From the NCBI GenBank assembly GCA_951406725.2, contig OX597817.1, positions 138,012,001 to 138,076,000 on the forward strand: a stretch of 64,000 bases of DNA, written 5' to 3'. The notes under the pieces are model-generated. The model had not been told where the DNA came from and did no database searches. It saw nothing but the letters and a program-made list of their open reading frames with translations. Position numbers and translations under genes: made by a program. Shown here piece after piece: positions 1 through 12,971 of the stretch; position 1 is the first letter of the stretch; each line of letters begins with the position of its first letter. Source of the DNA: Octopus vulgaris (lineage: Eukaryota).

Positions 1-39
<39 letters not shown>

Positions 40-371
40 ACCTGCCACTATATGCAGTCTTGTGTGATCCTGTTTGATATTCAAATACAGAATTTTTCCA
101 ACATAACAACGAACACTTAAACATTCCTAATCTTGAGACGAATAAAGATTACAAATCGCTCCTTATCTCCTTATCTCTCCTTCTCTCCTTCTCTCCCCTC
201 TCTCTCAATTTATGTATGTATATGCATTCACACACGCACATACATACGTACATACATATATATATATACATAAGTAATTATTTATTTATCTACTACGTAC
301 CTATATATGCATCTACCTGCGTATTTATATATGTCTCTATGTATCAACTTGCCTACTATCAATATATACAG

Positions 372-561
372 AATAATTATTATTAAAATTATAACTTAGA
401 ATATCTAAGGGATTCTAAGACGCTGGAAATAGCAGCCAAAACGTGACTCTAAAACCACATTAAATGAACATTTAAAGTGGCTTTAGCGTCAAGTTTTGGC
501 TGCTATTTCCAGCGCGGGTATCTCTTAGATACCCTAAATTATAATTTTAATAATAATTATT
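372..561. repeat. Imperfect ~190-bp palindrome
   Basis: aataattattattaaaattataa..cgctggaaatagcagccaaaac mirrors gttttggctgctatttccagcg..ttataattttaataataattatt. Confidence 0.9.
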
Positions 562-627
562 ACCTTTGAAGGTTTTTATTCCCATGCTGACCATCTGATA
601 AGATCGGTATTTAAGTAACGATCTTAT

Positions 628-685
<58 letters not shown>

Positions 686-770
686 ATAAAAGTTTTGGCT
701 GCTATTTCTAAAAAGTTCGGTGTGTGGTAAAGTAAATTATTTTACTGAACCCTATTTTTATAACATATAT

Positions 771-813
<43 letters not shown>

Positions 814-850
814 GAGACACACACACATATATATATATATATGTACACAG

Positions 851-921
<71 letters not shown>

Positions 922-1015
922 TAATCCAAACAAGAAAACAAAAAAAAACACAACAACGCAAGGACGTGGAACAAATAAAGTATTATTGGACGCTCAGGAA
1001 AGAAGGGAAGAAGGA

Positions 1016-1062
<47 letters not shown>

Positions 1063-1299
1063 CACGCGCACACATTGTGTGTATATTAAGTGTATATTGT
1101 AATTATATGGATAAATATTTCTCAATTATATCAAACACAGTCTATTTGTGTAAAGTGATTAGCGATTAGCGAGAGGGATTAATGAAAGTGAAAGAAAATA
1201 GATCTACAGCGATAAGATATTAAATTAGAAGCTGGGGGATTAAGAATCAAATCAAATTGCATATATATGGATATGTACACACACACAACACACACACAT

Positions 1300-1359
<60 letters not shown>

Positions 1360-1957
1360 ACACACAGAAGGATTGCTATGTTTTAGGATTTGTGTATGTG
1401 AGAGAGTTGCGTGTTTAAATACCTATAAATGTCTATCGCAACTTCAAACTATTAGGATTCCGTCACCTTCGTCAGAAGTAGGGTCACTTGCTCACCTATC
1501 AGATCGCAATTTCATTTATATGTTTTGTTGTTGTTGTTTTTTTAATGATAATCCGGCCATCTTAACTGCCGGTTCGTGCTGCGCTATCCGCTTTATACGA
1601 CAATGGAAAATATCGCAGAACTTTTCAGAATGTCACCCCGGTATCCATGGACACGCCGATGTATATAGGGGTGAAATATTTCAACAACTATTGATCAAAA
1701 ACTATAAGTGTTGTGCTTGTGGTTGTTGTAGGTGCTATATGTCCCAATATATTTAATATTGTCACGTGGTACATGATATCCGAGAAGTAAACAATGGATA
1801 AAGATAGGCATCTCCTCAATAAACAACAATATTTGTGAACCATTAGCAATTAAATTGTCCAGCATATTATAGTCCAAGTGCTTATGTGCGTGGCCATGTG
1901 TGTATAGTATACATAATCAAATATAATTATTTATACATATTTATGCATATACATATG

Positions 1958-1988
<31 letters not shown>

Positions 1989-2069
1989 TTATATGTGCAT
2001 ATTTTTATGTTTTGTTTTATGCATGTATTTTCATGCATATAGTTGCATATTTAGACATGCTCATATATA

Positions 2070-2697
2070 TATTTAAATGATAAACTTCTGGAAAGTTTTA
2101 CAGGTTTTTACATTTCCAGTGATGGATTGGATCTGTAGTCTTCGAATCAGCTTTCTCCTTTCTGGTTTTGAGAAGCCTAATTTCTCAAGATTGGTATTCA
2201 GGCAGTGTGATACATATCTTAGGTCCCCAATAATTACAGGTATAAATCACGTTAGACAGTGTCCTAGCTACAACAGCATATCTCATCGGTAGATAATACC
2301 ATGACGATATTTTTGGACAACTACTTATGACGTGGGTGATATCTTTGATGTTAACTCCACAAAGTTCGCATCGGTTGTCACATTTTATTGTTTTTCCTGT
2401 CCCATTTGTGCATCGGGAATTTGTCTGATATTTCCTGTTTCTGGATTGCAAACACATACCCTTCAAAGTAAGAGGTAGTAATCCGGTTATTGGCCCATAA
2501 TAGATGGCTTTGATGATCGATGTTACTGTCATCTCGGAGCTTTCTACTAACATATCCATGTATGGTCTTCTGCTCATAGATGCTCATCCTTTCATCTGAT
2601 GATACGTTGCGGTAGAGACATGCACCTCCTTTTGGCATGTATTTAAGGTTATCAAACAAGAAATGCTGCTCAAGGGGACTCTTTCCAAGTCCCATGG
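2070..2697 (-). mobile_element. R4/Dong-like LINE 3' fragment with internal deletion
   Basis: EGYVFAIQKQE, CELC..DITHVISSCPK..YYLPMRYAVVA and the C-terminus QIQSITGNVKTCKTF are homologous to 45690-46365. Confidence 0.85.
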
Positions 2698-2963
2698 TGT
2701 ATGTATGTATGTATGTACGTACGTATGTATGTACGTATGTATGTATGTATGTATCTATCTATCTATCTACCTATCTATCTATCTACCTGTGTACGTGCGT
2801 ACACAGTTGTTATAAACATTGGTTATAAACATCAATCACAGCTATGTCGTATGTAAGATAGTCGCAGCATAATTTCAATCAATGAAATTGCTTGATCTTT
2901 CTCTTTAATATTGATGTGGTTTTTCAGTCATGCTATAGACTGGCACTCTTTTGCACGAATGAG

Positions 2964-3934
2964 GCTTTGTGTATTGTCTGTGACGAGTCAAAAAATAGTT
3001 TACGTAAAAAACATTCAGATCAGGTTATAACAATTTTTATAATGATAAAAAGATGAAAATAGTTTAGAAGAATATATCCCGATCAATAGAATATTTGACA
3101 AGAAGATAAAATCTGTTACAGACTATTTAAAGTCGTCGGAAACAAAGCAAGAGACAACTTAAAACCTTAAACCCATTACTCACCGATGCAAAATTACTTA
3201 CCACAAACCAAACGCCAACCGTCAGAAAATGTAATCCCTCTAAATGTAGGAGCTTATTGAAGGTACAATATATAAATTTCAGTCATGACACACTATTGTT
3301 GTGAAAAATAACTTCACCTGCGCATCAAAATATTTCATTTATGTCATTAGGTGTAAAAGGAAATGAATTCTAGATGACATTGGCATTTAAGGGATATGTC
3401 ATTAATATTTAACATTTTTGAATAAAGGGAAGATTTTGTACAGAAGAATTGCAACCTTGTTTATAACTGCCAAAATCCAGCCAGACACAAGACTCTTAGA
3501 AGCCAGATCCGAGAATTTTAAATAGTCTGTAACATATTTTATCTTCTTGTCAGAGACTGTTACTTGATCGGGATATATATTTCTTTATTACTCACAAGGG
3601 ACCAAACACAGAGGGGACAAACTAGGACAGACAAACAGATTAAGTCGATTACATCGGCCCCAGTGCGTAACTGGTACTTAATTTATCGACCCCGAAAGGA
3701 TGAAAGGCAAAGTCGACCTCGGCGGGATTTGAACTCAGAACGTAAAGGCAGACGAAATACGGCTACGCATTTCGCCCGGCGTGCTAACCATTCTGCCAGC
3801 TCGCCGCCTTCTTGATTGGGATATATTCATGTACATTACTTTTTATCCTCTTATTGTAAAATAATTTTTTACCTGATCTGAATGTTTTTTACGTAAACTA
3901 TTTTTTGACTCGTCACAGACGATACACAAAGCCT
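2964..3934. repeat. About 63-bp inverted repeat (2964-3026 / 3871-3934) enclosing a SINE insertion
   Basis: aggctttgtgtattgtctgtgacgagtcaaaaaatagtttacgtaaaaaacattcagatcaggt and its reverse complement. Confidence 0.9.
3579..3808 (-). mobile_element. tRNA-derived SINE family A, full length (MetaSINE-like central domain)
   Basis: Pol III A box (TGGCAGAATGG) and B box (GAGTTCAAATCC) on the minus strand; central gcctttcatcctttcggggtcgataaa..agtacc block; AATAAAGAAA tail. 16-bp TSD at 3563-3578 and 3811-3826 with 1 mismatch. Confidence 0.9.
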
Positions 3935-4134
3935 AGAACTTTTTCTTATCAATATAGAAAGACTCTTTCACTTGATTTGAATACATTTATGTAAACTAAT
4001 TTTTGACACCAGAGAGGATACACAAAGCCTCATACCTTACTTTTGAAAATCTTTTTGAAATAAGCGAAACCGGTTAAGTTAATAAATACTTTTAAAAGAC
4101 TCCCTTGTATTTTTACTCGTGTGGTAACGCCCAA

Positions 4135-4350
4135 CTAGCAGTATAACCCGGCCTTGCCCGGGATTAAGTTACGATTATTAAGCTAATCAAGTTCTTTATT
4201 TCAAACCAAACTAAGTAATATCGACGTCAAATTTGGGCAAAATCCGTTGAAATTGGTTATATTATATATATGTTATATATATTATATACATATAATATAA
4301 TATAAATATATATGGGCAACAGACACGAACACACATGTACGTACGTACAC
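4135..4350 (-). mobile_element. Helitron-like 3' end; right boundary uncertain, may extend to about 5290
   Basis: Minus strand cccgggcaaggccggg hairpin followed about 8 nt later by CTAG|T. Confidence 0.6.
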
Positions 4351-5460
4351 CTATTGCATTTTTTGTGCATGTTCATAAACAGAAATGAATGGGAAAATGT
4401 TGTTAAATTTGTAGATTAACACTCGCACGATTTTCACTAAGAAAAATAATCGGTTTTTTTTTGCGTGGAATCAACTACTCTGGCCTCCTAATATGCTACA
4501 AAACCCTTTTGTGGTCCGTGAAACGGAGTGGGTGTGGTGAAAGCCTCGGAAATTGTACCCATTTATATTGTGCAATTCACTGACGAATTGCTGCTCACCT
4601 CTTTGTTTCTTTGTTGTTAAATAAATGGATTGTCAACAAAACACTTTTTTACTCGGCGTAAAATAAAAACAAAACTCTTTCGCACCCAAAGTAATGTGTG
4701 AGAGAGAGAGAGGGGGAGAGAAAGATAAACGATTTAAAATAAATAAATGATTTAAAATAAATATATTGTAATTGTTGTGTGAGAAAGTATATATACTAGG
4801 ATTATAAAATATAGTGTCTTTCAAAAACATCCTGAATTTGAACACTATATCTCTTGATTGATTGATTTTAGTTTCAGCTCATGAGCTGTGGCCATGCTGG
4901 GGCACCGCATGTTTAAGAAAAGGCAAAACATTTTACATTTTATATTTTATGAACGTCGTCACTTACTCTCTCTCTCTCTCCCTCTCTCACTTTGTCTTTC
5001 CGGTGAAACTCTCTGCTTCATTCCACTTTTCTTTATCTTGTTTTTTTTGTTAGACGCCGTCAGAAAGCTATGGCTGAAAATAGATTTTTAGGAACGTCAT
5101 CACTTACTCTCTCTCCCTCTGTCACTTTGTCTTTCCCGTGAAACTCTCTGCCTCTCTTCTTCCACTTTTCTTTATCTTGTTTTTTTTGTTAGACGCCGTC
5201 AAAAAGCTATGGCTGAAAATAGATTTTTACCGCTAAAAGTTATGGCTGAAAATAGATTTTTGCCGCTATCCGCGGGTGCCTCGGGAAAAAGATAAGTTGA
5301 CAAAACAAGATAAGTTGACAAAACCCAGATAGGATGTTGACGAATGTCCTCCTAAAATTTGAGCGACATGCGTGCTAATTTGTGGATGTGCATAAACGTA
5401 CACACACACACACACAAACATCTTGCTGTATATATATACAGATATATATAAATATATATG

Positions 5461-5592
5461 TATTCCCAACCACATGGTTCTGAGTTCAGTACTATCGCGT
5501 GACACCTTGGGCAAGTGTCTTCTGCTATAGACTCGGGCCGACCAAAGACTTGTGAGTATATCTGGTTGACATAAACCGTAAGAAGCCAGTCT
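5461..5592 (+). mobile_element. SINE family C fragment
   Basis: ccacatggttctgagttcagt..gacaccttgggcaagtgtc, similar to 55410-55500. Confidence 0.75.
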
Positions 5593-5790
5593 TATATATG
5601 TATATATATAATTATAGTATATTCTGTTAAGAATATAGTAGAATACAGTATAAAGCTCGCTCGTCCACTTTCACATTTAAACTGTGCTTTCCAGTAGTAA
5701 TATTATATGTATTTCTAGGTTTGCATTTGGGCATCTGTCGTGTGTGAATAGATAATTGAAAAAATTGGAGTCAACAAGAAGGGTACGGTT

Positions 5791-6534
5791 GTGCCGAAAG
5801 AGATCAAAGAGGGTGCCGAAAGAGATCAAAGAGGAGTCCCGAAAGATATCAAAGAGGAGTCCCGAAAGAGATCAAAGAGGAGTACCGAAAGAGATCAAAG
5901 AGGGTGCCGAAAGAGATCAAAGAGGAGTCCCGAAAGAGATCAAAGAGGAGTACCGAAAGAGATCAAAGAGGGTGCCGAAAGAGATCAAAGAGGGGTACCG
6001 AAAGAGATCAAAGAGGGTGCCGAAAGAGATCAAAGAGGAGTACCGAAAGAGATCAAAGAGGAGTCCCGAAAGAGATCAAAGAGGAGTCCCGAAAGAGATC
6101 AAAGAGGATCCCGAAAGAGATCAAAGAGGGTGCCGAAAGAGATCAAAGTGGAGTCCCGAAAATGATCAAAGAGGGTGCCGAAAGAGATCAAAGAGGAGTC
6201 CCGAAAGAGATCAAAGAGTGTGCCGAAAGGGATCAAAGAGGAGTCCCGGAAGAGATCAAAGAGGAGTCCTGAAAGAAATCAAAGAGGGTGCCGAAAGAGT
6301 TCAAAAAGAAGTCCCGAATGAGATCAAAGAGGAGTCCCGAAAGAGATCAAAAAGGAGTCCCGAAAGAAATCAAAGAGGGTGCCGAAAGAGATCAAAGAGG
6401 AGTCGCGAAAGAGATCAAAAAGGGTCCCGAAAGGGATCAAAGAGGAGTCCCGAAAGAGATCAAAGAGGGTCCCGAAAGAGATCAAAGAGGAGTCCCGAAG
6501 AGATCAAAGAGGAGTCTCGAAAGAGATCAAAGAG
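5791..6534 (+). repeat. Minisatellite of interspersed 22- and 23-bp units (gggtgccgaaagagatcaaaga / ggagtcccgaaagagatcaaaga), about 33 copies
   Basis: Read directly from the sequence; open in all three forward frames only because the unit lacks stop codons. Confidence 0.97.
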
Positions 6535-8289
6535 TGGACATTTATTTTTAATCACTACAAGTGTTTGCACGCAACGTAGTTCTCAAGATGTGCAAGTACT
6601 TGATTAAGAAACTATTTCCCTGCATTATGAGATCTAGTTGTGTTTTCTCAGGTGATATGTAAATATTTTCTCTGTAAATTTAAAATCCTCGGCTTCAAGA
6701 ACATTCTATGTCTCTGTCGTGGCCTTAATATAGTAGTACTCACAAAGCCTATCAGGGTATGTTGTTGGTGAAAAGCCGTTGGCAAACTGCTTTGAATACG
6801 TAAATGTAGTGGGATGGTGATTCTCGTACTCTTAAAGTGGTTGCGTTTTAAAGAGATTGGTATTTTATTTCTTTGTACTGTTTATTTGTTCTTCATGGTT
6901 GGTTACACATATGATTCTCCTTAGCTGGCCTTTAAGATTCAACACTCGGACACATACACGCATATATGCATGCGCGCACGCACACACACACATATATACA
7001 TATATAAAATCTACACACACATATACATACGGATATATACACACGCTCACATATACGGATATGTACGCGCACTCACGTACATATATATAAGCACACCTAC
7101 ACTCGCTCGCATATACATACACAGATGCTCGCGTGTGCATGCACACACTTACACACATGTATACATATCTACTTACACACACACACACACGCACACCCAC
7201 TCACATGTAAATATATATATTCCCTCTAAAATTAAAAAAAGTGTAGCTTATTAGCAATTAAATAAAGGCGATTTTATAGAGGTATTACAAAATGTTTCAG
7301 GTACACGAATCGCTTGATTATTTAATATCTCTTTTAACGTCTCCATTATGAGTTGCATCATATGACTGGCTATAACCGAAAAAGAAAAAATACTCAACGA
7401 AAAATTCCACGATGGAATGAAAGCATGCGTCAATGGTTGATATATTATCTGAACAGCTGCTTCAAGAGGCATCCACCATTGCCACATCTATGCATAAATG
7501 AAGATCTCGAAGGGTAATGGAAAGCCATAACCATTCTGTTTATGCTTAAGCAATGGCATTGATCAAAATTAAGTTGCAGTCATCAAGTATGCACATACGT
7601 ACATTCCTGATGACTGTTTCTTTCTTTGTATGTATGTATATTACACACACACACACACACACACAAAGACACTCGTAGAAGTAACACCTAGTATCGCTGG
7701 GGTTTATATTATAAAAAAGGATCAGAAACAGTTACAAAACCTGAGGCCATATCCTTAAAGTGATTTGTCCTTACGCATATTTGATGTACCAAGGTCTAAA
7801 ACTGTAGCCTACAATTTCAAGCATCGATACATACATACATAATACATACATACATACATACATGCATGCAGGCATATAAACATACGTACAGAAGAAATGC
7901 ATTATTTCTTGCCAATAACAACATAATTATCCAGATTCTTTGATTATTTTCTTTCTTGTATTTGGAAAGAGACATCTTTTCCGAAATTCTAAGATCATTA
8001 AACATCCTGCGTAAGTAAGAGAATATCTTTCCTCGTTGTTTTTCTTTATTGACATCAACTTATATTGTTTGTCTAAATTATCATCTACATTAATCAAAGT
8101 TTACTTCAAACGTTCATATAATTTACGAAAACGAGCATTACACTACTTCAAGCAAATTCAAACAATCTTTTTTATATTTTTGATTGAGTGTTTGAAAAAG
8201 ATGCTAATATTTTGTAGTTCGTCTCAGAATGTTGATATTGAACACACGCAGAAACACATACATTTATTTATATATACAAATATATATAT

Positions 8290-9399
8290 TTTTTGAAAAT
8301 TTTCCCCAAAGATTTTTGAAATATTTTTTGAAAATTTTACTCAAAAATTTTTGAAAGTTTTCCCAAAAAATTTTAGAAAAAATTTAGAAAATTTTTCCCA
8401 AAACTTTTTGAAAAGTTTTTGAAAGTTTTTCCCCCAAATTTTTTTTTAATATTTTGAAAATTTTGCGGGAAAACTTTCAAAACACTTTTGAAAAATTTTT
8501 ATAAAATTTTGGGGAAAATTTTCAAAAAACTTTTGAAAAATTTTTGGGGAAAATTTTCAAAAAATTTTACAAAAATTTTTGGGGATAATTTTCAAAAGAT
8601 TTTCAAAAAATCTTTCCAAAATTTTGGTGAAAAGTTTCGAAAAACTTTTTCAAAAATTTTTGGGAAAAATTGGAATTGTAGGCCCGTCTGTTGCAATTTC
8701 GATCAATTGGATCTTGTCCTCCTTCTTGTATAGAAGTGTACGGGTGCAGCGAAATTCATTTTTGGACTTTCTTCTATCGATGGCATTTTAAGAAAAATGC
8801 TTCCGTAAAGACGGTGAAAATTCAATTTTTAAACAATAACCAAAGCCCCTTCTCCGACAACAGCGCTTCCCTGACGAGGAACCAACAAACGTGATTACAA
8901 TAGTCAAACAGTAATAATAATAACAACAAACCTTTTTAATTTATCCCCATTTATGTGAAACCCCTTATTCAAGTTTAAGTCATTGATGCAATTTTATACG
9001 AATTGCTAATACACACACACATAATAAGGGTGAAATATTGAATATTAATTTGATTAATATTAATTGAAAACCAGTGGTGTAGCATATAAGACCATAGCGG
9101 ATCTTCTTCTAGCAAAGTGGATGACCATTGTTAATGGTTCATCCCTGTTATATAATACTTTCACTTTAATAGTGAAAGTGTCTGCATTACAAAAGAGAGA
9201 TGTTTTTGTTTCACTTTTAACACGTAATACTGAAATAGTGGAGAAGATATGATATTGCTGTGGGGTGGCCCTAGGGAAAAAGTTAGGAATTTTTTTCCGA
9301 TGACACTCCCCGGACCTTAAGTAAAGCATGTTTAAAATTTGAAATTGGTTATGTAGTTCTCAAGTTTTAGGGAAACACACAGACAGACACACATTCTCA

Positions 9400-9410
<11 letters not shown>
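8290..9410 (-). mobile_element. Probable Helitron-like non-autonomous element carrying an AT-rich foldback array
   Basis: The right end reads (TA)n-AAAACTGAGAATGTGTGTCTGTCTG on the minus strand, resembling 5' ends of non-autonomous Helitrons. No CTAG end was found. Confidence 0.4.
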
Positions 9411-9462
<52 letters not shown>

Positions 9463-9769
9463 TGAGAATTTACAAAACAACAAAAGACGAAGACGGCTGT
9501 GTAAACAACAAACAGATGTATTAGTTTAACGCTCGGAAAGTGAGAAAGTCTTTTACGTTTCGAGCCTACACTCTTTAACAGAAAGAAACAGAAACAAACA
9601 GGGAGAGAACATAAAAAAATGGTTTAGTGGCTAGTGATCTATCATGGCCAATATATATATACACATACATATACAGACATGCATGCATACATACATACAT
9701 ACATACATACATACATACATACATACATACATACATACATACATACATACATACATACATACATAGTGT

Positions 9770-10555
9770 CCGTGATCAACAAAAACATGAACTCTCTCTG
9801 GTGAGAGATAAATATTATTTAATAAGCACAATATGTATTTTTATGTGCTACTGTTAGTTTCATGAGATGACAGCCTGTCAAACAGTATTTTTTAACATAT
9901 CTGGTGTCCTAGCTCAATCTTCGGGCACTGTCCATATGGCATGACAAACTGAAAAATGGAACGAGAGGATTTCAGAAAAACCGAAAAAAAAAGCGAGTAA
10001 GAAGTAGATATAAAATGTGGAAGGTTGAAAAACCGGGAAACTAAAAAGAAAACAGAAAGAAGCAAAAGCGGGATTGGATTAGGGTTAGACAGTAACATAT
10101 AAAGCTGAAAAGATAGCGGCATGGAAGCTGTTCAATCCGGAGAGGGTGGAAATGTCCAATTCGTCAACAGGAGCATAAACCATATGCTTACAATCGCTGA
10201 AGAATTCGGATCTAGAATTCAGCTGTGTGTTCGAGTTCTTAGACCTGAAAAGGAACTGACTCTTTTCAGCTATGCACAGCTTACATTTTATTTTCCATCC
10301 GTTAATATATGGTGTGGATTTTTCGACTATTTCCCACTTAATCTTTTGTAGTGTGGCATTGAACTTCGAACCCCATCCGTGGTTAGTCAACTTACTAGTT
10401 TTTGTTTTATCCCTGTGTCGGAGGGAAGAGATGTGATTAGCATAGCGAGTTTTGAATTCGCCTTTATAGCTCTTCTTGTCGCTTGTGTAATCATTTAGCG
10501 TTGCTGTAACTTCTGCCTCATTTATGGCGGATTAGATCACACATCCCTTGTCTAA
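9770..10555 (-). mobile_element. Penelope-like element (Neptune-type) 3' end: GIY-YIG endonuclease remnant plus terminal repeat
   Basis: EFKTRYANH, IKWEIVEKSTPY..CKLCIAEK..LNSRSEFFSDCKH; hammerhead-like motif downstream at 9845-9928. Confidence 0.8.
9845..9928 (-). ncRNA. Hammerhead-like motif at the 3' end of the Penelope fragment (CCGAAGA core)
   Basis: GUGC-CCGAAGA-U-UGAG..CUCA-U-GAAA-CU/AAC/AG-UA^-GCAC. Confidence 0.6.
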
Positions 10556-10569
10556 TATCAATCAATAGG

Positions 10570-10900
10570 TATAATAATATTAGACATAAAAATAGACCTA
10601 GGGAAATAATTTGGTCCGCCTACCCCCTCCCTTATTGTAAAAACTAACAGGTGAAAGATTCCTGTCCCTCCTAGACAAACATTTTCCAGAAAATCGCAGG
10701 ATCAGGAAGATATTTAGCAGGTGTTCAGCGAAATTATCACATAGCTTCTGCTCCAATATGAAAATCCGCACTACACGCGAACAACACCAAGGACCCATTC
10801 CCAGTTGTAAATGTCGGGACCCTGGAACCCATCCACTCGACCAGGGATGTATGATTAAATCCGTCATATACGAGGCAGAAGTTTCAGCAACGCTGTAAAT
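10570..10900 (+). mobile_element. Penelope-like RT-to-endonuclease linker, inverted relative to the adjacent fragment
   Basis: The plus strand from about 10650 reads GERFLSLLDKHFPENRRIRKIFSRCSAKLSHSFCSNM..SCKCRDPGTHPLDQGCMIKSVIYEAEVS. Confidence 0.78.
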
Positions 10901-10903
10901 ATT

Positions 10904-11303
10904 CTTTTCTACTCTAGGCACAAGGCCGGAAATTTTGGCGGAGGAGGGCCAGTCGATTAGATCGACCCCAATACACAACTGGTGCTTAATTTGTCGACCC
11001 CGAAAGGATGAAAGACAAAGTCGACCTCGGCGGAATTTGAACTCACAAAGTAAAGACAGACGAAATACCTATTTCTTTACTACCCACAAGGGTCTTAAAC
11101 ACAGAGAGGACAAACAAGGACAGACAAACGTATTAAGTCGATTATATCGACCCCAGTACGTAACTGGTACTTATTTAATCGACCCCGAAAAGATGAAAGG
11201 CAAAGTCGACCCCGGCGGAATTTGAACTCAGAACGTAAAGACAGACGAAATACTGTTAATCATTTCGCCCGGCCTGCTAACGTTTCTGCCAGCTCGCCGC
11301 CTT
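10904..11303 (-). mobile_element. SINE family A dimer (nested SINE-in-SINE, two different 3' tails)
   Basis: Two central domains (about 10950-11068 and 11135-11253) and one complete head. Outer TSD gcaacgctgtaaatatt (10887-10903) / gcaaggctgcaaatatt (11304-11320). Confidence 0.88.
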
Positions 11304-12524
11304 GCAAGGCTGCAAATATTGATTGCTATTTTCGTAGCAACCATCGATTGAATATGCAATTCAGTCATGATTTGAATGTTTTATTCTACAGATAACCCTA
11401 GTGAAACTTTAACAAAAGGAATTGCAGTCTTTGATTCTTTGGGTTTAATTCTCAGCTTCGTCATAAATGCAAAATGAAATGTCTAGATACTAGCAACTAT
11501 CTTCTGGCTTGTTGTCAGACAGCGATTCATACATTTGTCAGAAGCATGGAGGCCTGCCTCTTTTTTAAATTCAATTTTTATCCCAAACAATGCTTGAGTC
11601 CACTGTAGCATAAGGGAGTACTTAAAAGGAAAAGAAGGGTCCTGCAAATTCCAAAAAAAATCTTGATTGACAGAAATCTTAAAAGACTGAATATCATAGA
11701 CCAGAGAAAAGCAAATCAATGGCAATGAATTCTAGAGAGCAGCAGATTGAGGAAAGATGTTATTAGGATTAAAGAACTTATGACTGACAGGAAACTGAGC
11801 AGAGAAACGATGCGTCTGGGGACAAAAGCGGGTAACACGTTTAAAGGTCTTGATGGAGGGCACGTGACCAGAAAGTTTATCAGAGCAATGACTGAAAATA
11901 CTTATAGAAAAGACACAAAGATTTTGCCAGTATCGTTGGATAAGACAAAGAAAGAAAATTCGCTAATAGCTTCCTTGTTGCCCTGGGCTGGCTTCACCAC
12001 TTGTGTTTCGTTGCAGTGGACACAATTCGATACTAAAAGCTACCAACCAAACCTCATTAACATCCAAAATTAACATCAATAGAGAATTTATTAAACTTAA
12101 CAAATAATTTATGTATCAAATCTTACTGATTGCCATGCAATCCGTTACGATATTATTTGTCGATAAAAGCAGGACAAATTCAACATTTTAATGGGAACCG
12201 TTACAATGTTTTCGTTTAATAAAATTATAGTAATTTCGCTTCTGTTAGATTTGTTATCATGTAATAAGTTAGAGCAGACACTGCATCGATGTACGTGTGT
12301 ATGTATGTACGTCTGTATAAGCATATATGTGCTTGTGGACGCATATATGCGTATGTGTGCTCGCGCCTGTGTGTGAATATATTTTTGTATGCGTATGTGT
12401 CAATGTATATATATATATATGTATATATATGCATATACATATGTATATATAGAGATATATATTTACATATATATATTGCTTTATCTATATGTTTAGCGAT
12501 ATATATGTGTGTTTATATACATTA

Positions 12525-12566
<42 letters not shown>

Positions 12567-12656
12567 TGGGTGGTGTATTGATAGATATATATATTTACAT
12601 ATATATATTGCTTTATCTATATGTTTAGCGATATATATGTGTGTTTATATACATTA

Positions 12657-12704
<48 letters not shown>

Positions 12705-12932
12705 GTGGGGTGGGTGGTGTATTGATAGATATAGATATACCCATCTTATAAACATTTCTATAAACGCATATACATATACGCATATATTCATAAATTCATA
12801 CATATTCACACACGCACACACGCACAAACACACAAACACAGGATATATAAGTATGAATGTATATACGTATGTATGTATGTATATATCTATATCTATCTAT
12901 ATATATATATATACAGAGAGAGAGAGAGATTA

Positions 12933-12971
<39 letters not shown>

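Noticed and set aside
1445-1480. Minus-strand CUGACGA-AGG..CCU
   Set aside because: Not followed by GAAA or a cleavage triplet.
5791-6534. CRISPR-like array
   Set aside because: Repeats are contiguous with no unique spacers, there are no cas genes, and the context is eukaryotic.
5756-6607. 283-aa Arg/Lys/Glu-rich ORF resembling a protamine-like or SR protein
   Set aside because: Made by the 22/23-bp minisatellite; the unit length is not a multiple of 3, all three frames give the same peptide blocks, and the start is TTG.
11330-12110. Possible decayed retroelement coding remnants (also about 20800-22020, 22800-23760, 47000-48300)
   Set aside because: Composition suggests old transposable elements, but no diagnostic motif could be read; a translated search is needed.
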